A stretch of DNA of 64,000 nucleotides from an uncultured Bdellovibrionales bacterium (GCA_964408435.1 CAYOZL010000004.1:1839-65838); one strand, 5' to 3'; shown: positions 33,999 through 44,626, counted from the stretch's first letter. The notes: generated by a model not told the origin, from the letters alone. Numbers and translations: made by a program.

Positions 33999-35180
33999 TT
34001 ACAAAGAGTCGAAGAATCCAGGTCGATAGTGATTAACTAGAGAAAGCGCTAGACCTAGCCATATAAAAAAAACAAAAATCCAAAGTAAAACAGTGCCAAA
34101 GCTAATTTTCTTTTTAACCTTATTACCTTTAATAGATTTCACCCTACTAAGTAATAATTCATTTGTTTTTAACTGCACTTCTGATGAAATCGATTTAACT
34201 ATCTCCGCAGTAGACTTACCTCTAGATACTTTTTCTATAAAATCTCTTAATTGGGTTTTACCTTTCTTTGCTATTTCAATAAGGCTAAACTCTTCTTCTT
34301 TAATAGAACTTTCTTCAATAGAACTCGGTAGCTCAATAGACATTTGCTTAGATAAAGATTTAAGATCTTCTAATATCAAATTAGCATTCTGATATCTTTT
34401 CTCTGGATCCTTTTCTAAACATTTAAAAACTATTTTTTCTAATTCGGCTGGGCAGTCTTCTCTATACGTTAGCAAACTTTCTGGATCTTGCTTAAGTTTT
34501 TTCTGCATTATTTCAATTAATGTTTCGCCATCAAAAGGCGAATGCAGACTAATCATTTCATAAGCAAGAACACCAAAAGAAAAAATATCGGATCTCCGAT
34601 CAACTTGATTATTAGCTAAATACTCAGGAGAAACATACTCGATTGTTCCAATTACACCACCATGGTCTGTTAATCTAGGGCCTGTAAGATTTCTTACTAT
34701 TCCAAAATCTGCAATTTTTACATCTGATTCTGACGTTAAAAGAATATTCTCAGGCTTTAAATCTCTATGAACCAATCCAGCTTCATGAATCGCTTCAAGA
34801 CCTGAAATAATTTGAGCAAAAATTTTAAAAATTTCCTTATATGTTAAGTGCCTATTCTTCTCTAATAAATCGGCTAAATCCCCACCATCAACAAACTCCA
34901 TTGAAAAAGCAATAAAATCTTCTTCTTCTACAAATTCATATGCTTTAACTACATTTGGATGACTAATTCCGTATGAGGCATAAATCTCATTTTTAAATCT
35001 AGCTGAAAGAACACTATCATTTGCAATTTCATTAAATAACACTTTTAAGGCAACAATATGATCTGGTATTTCTTTATGAGTACAAGCATAAACCATCCCC
35101 ATACTACCAGCTCCTAAGCTTCTAATAACTTCGTACTTATTTGCAACTATTGAGCCTACTTGAAGATTTACAAATGACAT
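33999..35180 (-). CDS. Hanks-type serine/threonine protein kinase, C-terminal TM anchor
   Basis: The complete motif set is present: LGAGSMGMVY, VALKVL, HRDLKPENILL, ADFGIV, EYVSPEY, DIFSFGVLAYEM. C-terminal TM is VLLWIFVFFIWLGLALSLV. Confidence 0.9.
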   Translation of the reverse strand: MSFVNLQVGSIVANKYEVIRSLGAGSMGMVYACTHKEIPDHIVALKVLFNEIANDSVLSARFKNEIYASYGISHPNVVKAYEFVEEEDFIAFSMEFVDGGDLADLLEKNRHLTYKEIFKIFAQIISGLEAIHEAGLVHRDLKPENILLTSESDVKIADFGIVRNLTGPRLTDHGGVIGTIEYVSPEYLANNQVDRRSDIFSFGVLAYEMISLHSPFDGETLIEIMQKKLKQDPESLLTYREDCPAELEKIVFKCLEKDPEKRYQNANLILEDLKSLSKQMSIELPSSIEESSIKEEEFSLIEIAKKGKTQLRDFIEKVSRGKSTAEIVKSISSEVQLKTNELLLSRVKSIKGNKVKKKISFGTVLLWIFVFFIWLGLALSLVNHYRPGFFDSL

Positions 35181-35277
35181 TTTTTAGTAATACCGTATTA
35201 AGTTGGCTAATGAAATAAATTTGTGAGGTAAGTTTAAGAAATGATGACTCAATAAAGCCAAACTAGAGAATAAAAAG

Positions 35278-36345
35278 CTATATCTTTGGTAATAAGAAAA
35301 CAAAAAATTCTCTTTCTCCAATACGTAATATGTCTCCATTTCCTACAGTTTCAAGTCCTCCAGCCACTTGTATCTCTTCATTAGTTCCAGATCTAATGAT
35401 TGCAGTTCCATACTCAGAAAGTTGGTCCATAATTTGTATTTTATTATCTTTAGTTGTTCTAAGAATAGCATGTAAAGGAGATACACTTTCATGTTCTATG
35501 AGCATATATTCACCATGGTCTGTTGGTCTTGAGGTGATTAGTTTTCTACCTTTTCTGATTTGAAAAACCTCTCCATTTCTATCATCATCATAACTAATTA
35601 AAAAACCTATTATTAAAGACTGACCTTTCATAGGAGCAGAACTATTAGGAGCATGAACTATATTTTTTTGAACAGTATAATTTTGATCTGTGCTTACTTG
35701 CTGAGAGCTAGCCTGCACTTTCATATTATTTTGCATACTAGGTGTGTTACTATTCAGTATAGAATCCTGTCTTGTAGGCTTTCTAGTTCTAGGTTTTCTA
35801 GCAATCGGGTTTTGAGGTTTTTGACTTCTAGGAGCAGAACTCAGACCTTGATTCTGCGGAGCTAGTGAAGTTAAAGGATCAAAGGTTTTTGGCACATTTG
35901 GTTGTGGCAAATTAAAACCATCAACAGACTCAACTGGCTTAGGGGCATTGGGTTTTAATACATCCTCAAGCTCTTCTCTTGTTATTTTTGTTGTTCTTGA
36001 CCTATTAACACTTTTTCCAAATTTAAGACCTGTTGATTGTTGCTCTAGTTTTGCTTTGGTTATTGCTTTTTGATTCTCTAACTTCTTATCAGTTATCTCT
36101 TCTTTAGCTTGATCTAATAAGCCGTGCTTTACTATTCCCTGCTTTATTCTACTCTGTCCAGGTTTTACATAATCATCTTTCTCTATCTTTTTTTCTTCTT
36201 TTGCTAAAGCATCCCTAACTTCTCCAGTAATATCAGCTGAGAACATTACGGTTCTATTTCTAGCTCTAGATACTTTACTAATTTTCAATTCTTCTTTTTT
36301 AGTATCTATTTCTTTACTCTCTATTTCTATATTTTCATTATCCAT
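35278..36345 (-). CDS. disordered N-terminal region plus C-terminal FHA-domain protein
   Basis: The C-terminal domain (GFLISYDDDRNGEVFQIRKGRKLI...SPLHAIL...YGTAI...GDILRIGEREFFVFLLP) aligns block by block with the C-terminus of 20422-21519. Confidence 0.7.
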   Translation of the reverse strand: MDNENIEIESKEIDTKKEELKISKVSRARNRTVMFSADITGEVRDALAKEEKKIEKDDYVKPGQSRIKQGIVKHGLLDQAKEEITDKKLENQKAITKAKLEQQSTGLKFGKSVNRSRTTKITREELEDVLKPNAPKPVESVDGFNLPQPNVPKTFDPLTSLAPQNQGLSSAPRSQKPQNPIARKPRTRKPTRQDSILNSNTPSMQNNMKVQASSQQVSTDQNYTVQKNIVHAPNSSAPMKGQSLIIGFLISYDDDRNGEVFQIRKGRKLITSRPTDHGEYMLIEHESVSPLHAILRTTKDNKIQIMDQLSEYGTAIIRSGTNEEIQVAGGLETVGNGDILRIGEREFFVFLLPKI

Positions 36346-36368
36346 CTGTTTGAATCCTTTTCATACTT

Positions 36369-37352
36369 CTATAAGAGCTTTAAAACTAAGAATACCAAAG
36401 CAGCTAATAAAATTAATCCAGCTGCAATAACAAATAATATTTTTTTCTTTTTGCTTTTATCTAAATTTGAATCTGGATCAACTACAGGGTTTTTAGTTGT
36501 AAGAGTAGAAGATGTAGTAAAAACACCTTTTTTCTTTGGAGGTTCTATACTAGCTTTAGTCTCATCTCTTTCAGTCTTTAACTCACCAGAAATCGGTAAA
36601 ACAGTTAGTGTAATATTATCAAATCCACCTCTGTTTCTTGCTAGCTCAACTAAATTAACACAAGCTTTTTGTGGAGAAAAATTGTTAATTTGATATGCTA
36701 TTTCAGGATCTGTAACTAAACTATACAGACCATCCGTGCATAACAATAAATAGTCTTTAGCATCAGCATTATCCCAAATCCAAAAACTACTAGTTTCTAA
36801 TCCTAATCTTGGCTGTGCGCCCAGACACTTTGTTAATACATGAGATTGAGGATGAGAAAGAGCTTCTTCTGCACTGATATTACCTCTATCAACTAAGTCT
36901 TGAACATAAGTATGGTCTTTTGTTAGTTGTCGAATTTCACCTTCTCTAACTAAATATGCTCTAGAATCCCCAGCGTGAGTTATCACAATTTGATCATTGT
37001 TAATTATTGCACCAACAACAGTAGTTCCCATTGAACTAAACGCTGGATTTTGTCTTCTAAGCAAGATTATTCTATTTGCTTCATCAATTGAAGACTTCAG
37101 AGCTTGCACAGAATTTGCGAACTCCCCTGTTTCAAAAACTCTTCTAATGGCATCAATTGCTAACTGTGCTGCTAGTTCACCTCCAAGTGCCCCCCCCATT
37201 CCATCACAACAAATCCAAGCCCTTCCATTAACGGAATCTATTACGGCATAGCGATCTTCATTGATCTCTCTTTCACAGCCAATATCAGTAATAGCAGCTG
37301 GAATCTTCTCGTTTTCTTCTTCGTTTGTAACCAATGGTTCTTGTGTTTCCAT
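36369..37352 (-). CDS. PP2C-family Ser/Thr protein phosphatase, C-terminal TM anchor
   Basis: NEDRY, CDGMGG, MGTTVV, GDSRAY, LLCTDGL and GGFDNITL are the PPM motifs. TM is ILFVIAAGLILLAALVFLVL. Confidence 0.9.
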   Translation of the reverse strand: METQEPLVTNEEENEKIPAAITDIGCEREINEDRYAVIDSVNGRAWICCDGMGGALGGELAAQLAIDAIRRVFETGEFANSVQALKSSIDEANRIILLRRQNPAFSSMGTTVVGAIINNDQIVITHAGDSRAYLVREGEIRQLTKDHTYVQDLVDRGNISAEEALSHPQSHVLTKCLGAQPRLGLETSSFWIWDNADAKDYLLLCTDGLYSLVTDPEIAYQINNFSPQKACVNLVELARNRGGFDNITLTVLPISGELKTERDETKASIEPPKKKGVFTTSSTLTTKNPVVDPDSNLDKSKKKKILFVIAAGLILLAALVFLVLKLL

Positions 37353-37497
37353 TTATTATACTCTTTAAAATCAATCCTTACTTACTAATACACGTCATTA
37401 GAGCTAAAAAACTTTACTTTATTATGTTTTTCAACAATTTTGACTCCTCACGTATTTAAAAAATAAAGTATTTACAGCCACTTAATATTAAGTTGAT

Positions 37498-38841
37498 ATG
37501 TCATTAACTATGAACCAAGTAGAAGAAAAGAATACTGTTACAACAGAGGAGAACAACCTTCTTTTATTTAAAGTACTTTGGTGCATTAGTATTTGTTGGT
37601 TTGTTCTAACCGGAAATGCTTGGCTCAATGAATTAAGTCACCTAACTCTTAACAAACTTCCAACTGCGCTACTTTTTACATTTTCAATAATTTTCTTATT
37701 CAGTAAAAATAATAAAATTTTCTACCTAGTTTTACTCTTGGTTTTTATTGAATGGGCTAGCCTACTGCCCAAAAGCCCTAATCATCGTTGGATTTTTTTT
37801 ATTGCTTCTATTTTAGTTTTCAAAGACTTAGGCACTAAAAAATTATCAGACTCTTTAATATATTTAGCATCAATAATTTATTTTTTCGCCTTCTTAGCAA
37901 AAGTTAATTCAGATTTTTTATTTTCAAATCATTCTTGTTCAGTTGTATTTTTTGAGCATATTAAAAATTTCATTTGGCTACCTAAAATTACATACACACC
38001 AATCCTATCATTTTCGATCGCACTATCTGAATTATTAATAAGCATTTTATTATTGTCTTCAAAAACAAGGAAAATAGCCATCTTTATTGGCTTAAGTCTG
38101 CACCTAGGTTTAGCTTTAGATATTATTAAACACTTTCTTGATTTCTCTTCTGTTATGAGTATTTTTTTAATCTCAGAAATAGTACTAAACAATTCAAAGG
38201 GAATAAAAAAGAAAAGTATTTATTTAATCTCTAATTTCTTTGCCATATTTTTTACTTATTTGTTTTTTCATACATTAGTAATTAAACCTCATTACCCAGA
38301 ATACATATTAAAATTAACTATTTTTTGGTTATTTTATTACTCCATAATTATTTATATTTTCTTTGATTTAAAGAACAACTTAAGTATAGGCAATTATAAT
38401 AAAAAAAGTATTTTCACTTATATAGTATTTACTATTACTATTCTTAATGGCTTATCACCTTACTTAGGCATTAAAACTAGAACAAGTTTTTCCATGTATA
38501 GTAATTTATGGATTACAAATAATGAAAGTAATCATCTAATTTTCAGTAAAAGTTTAGATGTTTTTGGCTTTCTTAAAGATGAAGCTGAGATTTTAAGCTC
38601 AGAGAATCAAAACTTAAGAGATGTTAATAATCAAAACTTAAAACTTCCATTTTTTGAATTATTAAAAGAAATTAAATCTAAACCTTTCTTAAATGTGAAA
38701 TTTAAATATAAAGAAAGCACATACGAACACCCTAAAGATGAGCGACCTAAAGACTACAACAAAATAGACTTCTTAATTCCGAGAAAACTATTAATATTTC
38801 AACCCTCTAATAAGGAAGTTGCCAAAGAGTGTATTTGGTAA
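37498..38841 (+). CDS. polytopic integral membrane protein of unknown function
   Basis: 447 aa with about 9-10 hydrophobic segments followed by a soluble ~110-aa C-terminus. No motif was recognised. Confidence 0.4.
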   Translation: MSLTMNQVEEKNTVTTEENNLLLFKVLWCISICWFVLTGNAWLNELSHLTLNKLPTALLFTFSIIFLFSKNNKIFYLVLLLVFIEWASLLPKSPNHRWIFFIASILVFKDLGTKKLSDSLIYLASIIYFFAFLAKVNSDFLFSNHSCSVVFFEHIKNFIWLPKITYTPILSFSIALSELLISILLLSSKTRKIAIFIGLSLHLGLALDIIKHFLDFSSVMSIFLISEIVLNNSKGIKKKSIYLISNFFAIFFTYLFFHTLVIKPHYPEYILKLTIFWLFYYSIIIYIFFDLKNNLSIGNYNKKSIFTYIVFTITILNGLSPYLGIKTRTSFSMYSNLWITNNESNHLIFSKSLDVFGFLKDEAEILSSENQNLRDVNNQNLKLPFFELLKEIKSKPFLNVKFKYKESTYEHPKDERPKDYNKIDFLIPRKLLIFQPSNKEVAKECIW

Positions 38842-38940
38842 TTTTATTGACAGTTCTTAATTTTTAGTTTGAAAGCTCCTACGTAATTTTACCAAAAATT
38901 AATAACTGTCAATAAAATTCTGTTTTCCGCTGCGCTCGGC
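38841..38940. repeat. intergenic hairpin element, copy C
   Basis: Perfect 15-bp IR: attttattgacagtt (38841-38855) / aactgtcaataaaat (38904-38918), with a 48-nt spacer. It is followed by tgttttcc and the GC-rich gctgcgctcggc. The layout matches copy B, but the arm sequence differs. Confidence 0.7.
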
Positions 38941-38956
38941 TATGAAGCCTTAAATA

Positions 38957-40018
38957 TTATAACTTAGCTTTTAGAGCAGAAATTAATTGATGATATGATT
39001 CTTCAAATTTCTCAACTCCTTGATTCTGAAGACCTAAAAGTTGCTTTTCAATATCAATATCCATACTTTCAATTTTTGCTTTAAGTTCCAAAGCCTCTTC
39101 TAAGCCTGAGCTAAGGCCATCTTTAGGCTTACCATGATCAACAAAAGCTTCTAAAGTTTTATGAGGAACAGTATTAACGGTATCAGTTCCCATTAATTCT
39201 TCAACATATAAAACATCTCTATATTCTGGGTTCTTAACACTAGTGCTTGCCCAAAGTGGCCTTTGCACTTTAGCACCAGTAGCTTTGAAAGCATCGGACT
39301 CAAAGATTTCTTTAAATTTAGCATAAGCAAGCTTAGAATTAGCAATCCCAAATTTACCTTGAATTTCTAGAGGTAATTGAGAGTCAAATAAGGCATCAAC
39401 TCTACTTACAAAAAAACTAGCTACAGATGCTAACTTATCAACTGCTAAACCTTTTTCTTTTCTAGAATTAACAGCATCACAATAAGCTTTTGCAACTTCT
39501 ATGTAGTTTTCTACTGAAAAAATAAGAGTAACATTCACATTTATCCCTTCTTCTAAACAACTTCGAATTGCTGGAATACATTCAGGGGTAGCAGGTATTT
39601 TAATCATTATATTTTCTCTATTAATTTTAGAGAAAAGCTCCTTAGCTTCTTTTACTGTTCCCTCTGCGTCTCTAGCTAGCAAAGGAGAAACTTCTATACT
39701 GACGTAACCATCCACAGAATTACTCTGCTCATATATTGGTTTTAATAAATCCGCTGCTCTGGAAATATCATCTATGGCTAGTTCATTAAAAATCTTATCA
39801 GGATTATCTAAACTAGACTTAAGTTCTTCTATTTGCTCATCATAGGTATTGCTACCTCTAATAGCATTATCAAATATACTAGGATTAGAAGTTAAGCCCC
39901 TGATCCCCCAAGCGCTTACTATCTTTTCTAGCTCACCGCTATTAAGTAAATCTCTGCTAATATTATCGTACCAAATACTTTGGCCGAATTCGATTGCTTT
40001 TTGTGATGGATTCTTCAT
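38957..40018 (-). CDS. tal: transaldolase
   Basis: SIWYDNISRDLL, GLTSNPSIF, and IMIKIPAT (Schiff-base Lys) are conserved blocks. 353 aa. Confidence 0.9.
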   Translation of the reverse strand: MKNPSQKAIEFGQSIWYDNISRDLLNSGELEKIVSAWGIRGLTSNPSIFDNAIRGSNTYDEQIEELKSSLDNPDKIFNELAIDDISRAADLLKPIYEQSNSVDGYVSIEVSPLLARDAEGTVKEAKELFSKINRENIMIKIPATPECIPAIRSCLEEGINVNVTLIFSVENYIEVAKAYCDAVNSRKEKGLAVDKLASVASFFVSRVDALFDSQLPLEIQGKFGIANSKLAYAKFKEIFESDAFKATGAKVQRPLWASTSVKNPEYRDVLYVEELMGTDTVNTVPHKTLEAFVDHGKPKDGLSSGLEEALELKAKIESMDIDIEKQLLGLQNQGVEKFEESYHQLISALKAKL

Positions 40019-40424
40019 GGGAAAGAAAATATCTTTTTTAATTTAAAAAGTCACTATTCTCTTTTCTACTGTGTCTCTACTTATTTTTCAGGATTTGGCG
40101 AATTGTTGATGCTTTTAATCAATTCTCTTTGAACTTCTAATGCCATTCTTACTAAACTAATTTCTAAGGCTATAGATTTAGATTTAAATCTTGGATTTAG
40201 CGTTGGTTTTCTTTTTCTTGGTCTTCTCACTTCCTTCAATTCCTCAACTCCTAAGCTATAAGGTTTATTTATTTGAAAAAACCTATGCTTTAGAAAACCC
40301 CTTTAAGCAGCGCATTGCTATAAAAGAATTATGATAGATATGTTCAAATCTGTAACATTTAGTTACAAGTAGTTGATTTAATGATTAAGAAAGCAAAATA
40401 AACATACAAATTTAGTAGGCTACT

Positions 40425-42203
40425 ATGCAAGAAACACCTAATAGGAAATCAGTAAAGACTCCTGATACTTGGAATTTAGATAATATTTATAACAGTCTAG
40501 AGAAATGGCAAAAAGACTATGATTATATCAATAGCAATATAGAAGAAGTTTCGAAGCTAAAAGGCAAGCTTTCTAAAAGCTCTACACATATTAAAGATAC
40601 AATATCTTCATTTTACGGACTATTTAGAAAAGCGGAAAAACTATATACCTACGCACATCTTCTTAGCGACCAGGATCTTTCTAATCAAGAAAACCTCGCG
40701 CTTAAAGAACAAGCCATGGGAGTATATGCTAGGCTTTCTCAAGAAAGTAGTTTTATAAGACCTGAGCTTCTTGAAATTGATGAAAGCAAAATAGATTTCG
40801 AAGTTCTTAAAGATTATAAAAGAGCAATTAAAGAAATACTTAGGTACAAAGCTCATACCCTTAGTCTAGAGGAAGAAAGCTTACTTGCTTTAGGCACAGA
40901 GTATTTCAGTTCTACTTCCAATATATTTTCTCAACTAAATAATACTGAACTAAACTTTGAAAACTTAGATAACAATACTCCTCTAACTCACGCTAGCTAT
41001 GCTGTCTTACTAAGAGAACATGACAGAGCGAAAAGAGAAAAAGCCTATACACACTATTACAAAGAATTCGATCAACACAAAAATACTTTAACTTCTATTT
41101 ATGCAAGTTCTATTAAGAAAAATATTTTCCTATCTAAAGCTAGAAACTACTCCTCTGCATTACAAAGCTCGTTATTTAACGACAATGTGCCAAAAGAAGT
41201 ATATTTATCATTAATAAATAGCGTTAGAGATAATCTTGGAAACCTACATGATTATTATAAATTCAGAGCTAAAAAACTAGACGTTAAACCACTTAAAATC
41301 TATGACACCTACGTATCCCTAGTGCCTGAAAACAATGTGGCCTTTACATACGATGAAGCAAAAGAAAATATTACAAATGCTCTACTTCCTTTAGGGCAAG
41401 AGTATCAAGATATTATTTCAGAAGGCCTAGGTAATGCTAGATGGGTAGATAAATTTGAGAACACTGGAAAAAGAAGCGGGGCTTATTGTAGTGGGTGCTA
41501 TGACTCAAACCCTTTTATGTTAATGAATTATAAAGAAAAAGGTTTTGATGGAATTTTTACGCTAGCCCATGAGGCTGGACATGCAATGCATAGTTATTTT
41601 TCAAACAAGCATCAAAACTACCAAGACCATCAATACACTATTTTTGTTGCTGAGGTCGCATCTACAGTAAACGAACTTTTATTGCTTAATTATCTTCAGC
41701 AAAAAAATAAAGATGATAAAAAAATGCAATCAGTTCTAAGTAATCACTTATTAGATGATATAAAATCTACTTTTTATAGACAGACTATGTTTGCAGAATT
41801 TGAATTAAAAGCACATGAGCAAGCTGAAAATGCAATGCCGTTAAGCTTAGATTTCTTTAGAAACACATACAAACAATTGCTAATTGATTATTTTGGCCCA
41901 GCAGTTGAAATTACTGATTTAGATTCATTAGAATTTTCTAGAATCCCTCATTTTTATAGCGCTTTTTATGTATATAAATATGCAACTGGAATCTCTGCTG
42001 CAATTGACATCAGTCAGAGAATACTCTCTGGAGATAAGAAAAGTTTAGAAAATTATCTAGAATTTCTTAAATCTGGTTGCTCTAAGCATCCAATTGAACT
42101 TCTAAAAGATACTGGTGTAGACCTCAGTAATAAAGAATCTGTAGAAACTACATCGAAAGTTTTTAAAGATGAGCTTGATAATTTAAAATCTCTGCTAGCT
42201 TAA
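40425..42203 (+). CDS. pepF: oligoendopeptidase F (M3B metallopeptidase)
   Basis: HEAGHAMH zinc motif with a downstream E (FVAEVASTVNE). The length and N-terminal helical domain are typical of PepF. Confidence 0.85.
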   Translation: MQETPNRKSVKTPDTWNLDNIYNSLEKWQKDYDYINSNIEEVSKLKGKLSKSSTHIKDTISSFYGLFRKAEKLYTYAHLLSDQDLSNQENLALKEQAMGVYARLSQESSFIRPELLEIDESKIDFEVLKDYKRAIKEILRYKAHTLSLEEESLLALGTEYFSSTSNIFSQLNNTELNFENLDNNTPLTHASYAVLLREHDRAKREKAYTHYYKEFDQHKNTLTSIYASSIKKNIFLSKARNYSSALQSSLFNDNVPKEVYLSLINSVRDNLGNLHDYYKFRAKKLDVKPLKIYDTYVSLVPENNVAFTYDEAKENITNALLPLGQEYQDIISEGLGNARWVDKFENTGKRSGAYCSGCYDSNPFMLMNYKEKGFDGIFTLAHEAGHAMHSYFSNKHQNYQDHQYTIFVAEVASTVNELLLLNYLQQKNKDDKKMQSVLSNHLLDDIKSTFYRQTMFAEFELKAHEQAENAMPLSLDFFRNTYKQLLIDYFGPAVEITDLDSLEFSRIPHFYSAFYVYKYATGISAAIDISQRILSGDKKSLENYLEFLKSGCSKHPIELLKDTGVDLSNKESVETTSKVFKDELDNLKSLLA

Positions 42204-42257
42204 TCTTTTTATTGCTTAAACTATAGATATTTCCCCTGTTTTTGATAGTTTATTGCT

Positions 42258-43532
42258 ATGAAAACGATAATCGAACCAGACACTAATTCATGGTTACAGC
42301 TCTGCACTAGGCCGGTGATAGATTCTGTCGACCTAAATTCTAAGGTTAATGAGATTATAGACAAGGTTAAATCAAAAAAAGACCAAGCTTTAATAGAATT
42401 TACTGAAAAATTTGATTCGGTAAAAATAGAAAGAATTGAAGTTTCAACAGAAGAAATCAATACAGCTACAGTAAGCAATGAACTCAAAAAAGCTATAGAT
42501 ATAGCAATTGGAAATGTAGAAAAATTTCATTCTTCACAGTTAGAAAAAACAATAAATATTGAAACTACAAAAGGTGTGAACTGCTGGAGAGAATCTAGAG
42601 CAATTCAATCTGTTGGATTTTATATTCCAGGTGGAACAGCTCCGCTATTCTCAAGTATAATAATGCTAGGAGTTCCTGCAAAAATTGCTGGATGCGAAAA
42701 TACTTGCCTCTGCTCTCCTCCTAATAAAGAAGGAAAACTAGATCCTGCTATATTATATACTGCTAAAAAAGTTGGTATTAAAAAAGTTTTTAAAGTAGGT
42801 GGCGCACAAGCAATTGCTGCAATGGCATTTGGAACTGAATCTGTTCCAAAGTGTTACAAAATATTTGGACCAGGGAATCAATATGTAACTGCGACTAAAC
42901 AAATAGTTAGCACAACAGGAACTGCAATTGACTTGCCAGCAGGCCCAAGTGAAGTTGCAATTTATGCAGATAAAACAGCTAATGCAAAATTTGTTGCTGC
43001 CGATTTACTTTCCCAAGCAGAGCACGGAATAGATAGTCAAGTTATACTAGTAGCTAGCTCCCAAGAAATTGCCGAATCAATAGAGCAAGAGATAGAAGAA
43101 CAAATAGAAAATCTATCTAGAAAGGAAATCGCCAAAAAAGCCCTAGAAAATAGCTTAATAGTAGTATTATCTGATTCTAGTAAAGCTTTTGATTTCCTTA
43201 ATAGCTATGCGACTGAACACTTAATCATTGCTAGCGATCAAGCAAAAAATCTAGCTCAAAAAGTAATCAATGCAGGCTCTGTGTTTATAGGTAACTACAC
43301 TCCTGAATCAGCAGGAGATTATTGCTCTGGCACTAATCATGTTCTACCTACTAATAAAGCAGCATTAGCATATAGTGGAGTTTCATTAGATAGCTTTATT
43401 AAAAAGATTACTTTTCAAGAAATTAGCAAGGAAGGCTTAGATATTCTTGGACCAAGCATAGAAGTAATGGCAGAGGCTGAGGGTTTAGATGCTCACGCGA
43501 ATGCTTCCAGAATTAGAAGGCAGAACTCATGA
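42258..43532 (+). CDS. hisD: histidinol dehydrogenase
   Basis: [36 protein letters not shown] and EHLII blocks. Confidence 0.9.
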   Translation: MKTIIEPDTNSWLQLCTRPVIDSVDLNSKVNEIIDKVKSKKDQALIEFTEKFDSVKIERIEVSTEEINTATVSNELKKAIDIAIGNVEKFHSSQLEKTINIETTKGVNCWRESRAIQSVGFYIPGGTAPLFSSIIMLGVPAKIAGCENTCLCSPPNKEGKLDPAILYTAKKVGIKKVFKVGGAQAIAAMAFGTESVPKCYKIFGPGNQYVTATKQIVSTTGTAIDLPAGPSEVAIYADKTANAKFVAADLLSQAEHGIDSQVILVASSQEIAESIEQEIEEQIENLSRKEIAKKALENSLIVVLSDSSKAFDFLNSYATEHLIIASDQAKNLAQKVINAGSVFIGNYTPESAGDYCSGTNHVLPTNKAALAYSGVSLDSFIKKITFQEISKEGLDILGPSIEVMAEAEGLDAHANASRIRRQNS

Positions 43533-44626
43533 AAGAGAAAATACTTTTTATAGATAGAGATGGTTGCATTATAGTTGAACCTGAAAGCGACAAACAAGTG
43601 GACTCTCTAGAAAAATTAGAATTCCTACCAGGGGTAATCTCTGCTCTTTCAGAAATTAAAAAGAAAACAGATTATAAGTTCGTAATGGTTACAAACCAAG
43701 ATGGACTTGGAACAAATTCTTTTCCTGAAAACACTTTTTGGCCTGCTCAAAATAAAATGCTTAAAACATTAGAGAGTGAGAATATAAGCTTTGATGATAT
43801 TTTCATTGATAAGAGTAGACCTGAAGATAAATCTCCTAACAGGAAACCTGGAACAGGAATGCTTGGTAAATATATTAATGGCAATTATGACCTTCTAAAC
43901 TCAATTGTTATTGGGGATAGAGACTCTGATGTTGAACTTGCTATGAATCTAGGTGCTAAAGCAATTCAAGTTAGTAGTAAAAAGAATAAGAATGCTATTT
44001 TAAATAGTACTAACTGGAATGAGATTGCTGAATTTATAATAAACGGATTTAGGAAAGCTGAGATTAAAAGAAAAACCAAAGAAACTGATATAAATATCAA
44101 GCTTAACTTAGATGGGAGTGGAAAATCTTCTATCTCAACTGGCTTAGAGTTTTTTAATCACATGTTAGAGCAAATTTCTAAACACGGCTTAATTGATTTA
44201 GATATTAAAGTTGATGGTGACTTAAAAGTAGATGAACACCACACTATTGAAGATACAGGTATTGCACTAGGCCAAGCTGTAAAAGAAGCACTTGGTAGTA
44301 AAAAAGGCATACAGCGTTATGGCTTTCTACTCCCAATGGATGACTGCCTTGCACAAGTTGCAATTGATTTCTCTGGAAGAAACGAGCTTGTTTGGAATGC
44401 TGATTTTAAAAGAGAAAAAGTAGGGGATATGCCTACTGAAATGTTTAAGCATTTCTTTAAGTCTTTTACTGATAGTGCGCTATGTAACTTGAACATAAAA
44501 GCAGAAGGCGAGAATGAGCATCATAAAATAGAAGCTATCTTTAAAGCTTTTGCTAAATCTGTTAGGTTCGCAACCGAAAGAGACGCTAGGAACAATGCTG
44601 TGCCTAGCACTAAGGGGATACTGTAA
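43529..44626 (+). CDS. hisB: bifunctional histidinol-phosphatase / imidazoleglycerol-phosphate dehydratase
   Basis: N-terminal HAD motif [10 protein letters not shown]...VTNQDG. The C-terminal IGPD has [12 protein letters not shown] and [12 protein letters not shown]. Its start overlaps the hisD stop. Confidence 0.9.
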   Translation: MKEKILFIDRDGCIIVEPESDKQVDSLEKLEFLPGVISALSEIKKKTDYKFVMVTNQDGLGTNSFPENTFWPAQNKMLKTLESENISFDDIFIDKSRPEDKSPNRKPGTGMLGKYINGNYDLLNSIVIGDRDSDVELAMNLGAKAIQVSSKKNKNAILNSTNWNEIAEFIINGFRKAEIKRKTKETDINIKLNLDGSGKSSISTGLEFFNHMLEQISKHGLIDLDIKVDGDLKVDEHHTIEDTGIALGQAVKEALGSKKGIQRYGFLLPMDDCLAQVAIDFSGRNELVWNADFKREKVGDMPTEMFKHFFKSFTDSALCNLNIKAEGENEHHKIEAIFKAFAKSVRFATERDARNNAVPSTKGIL

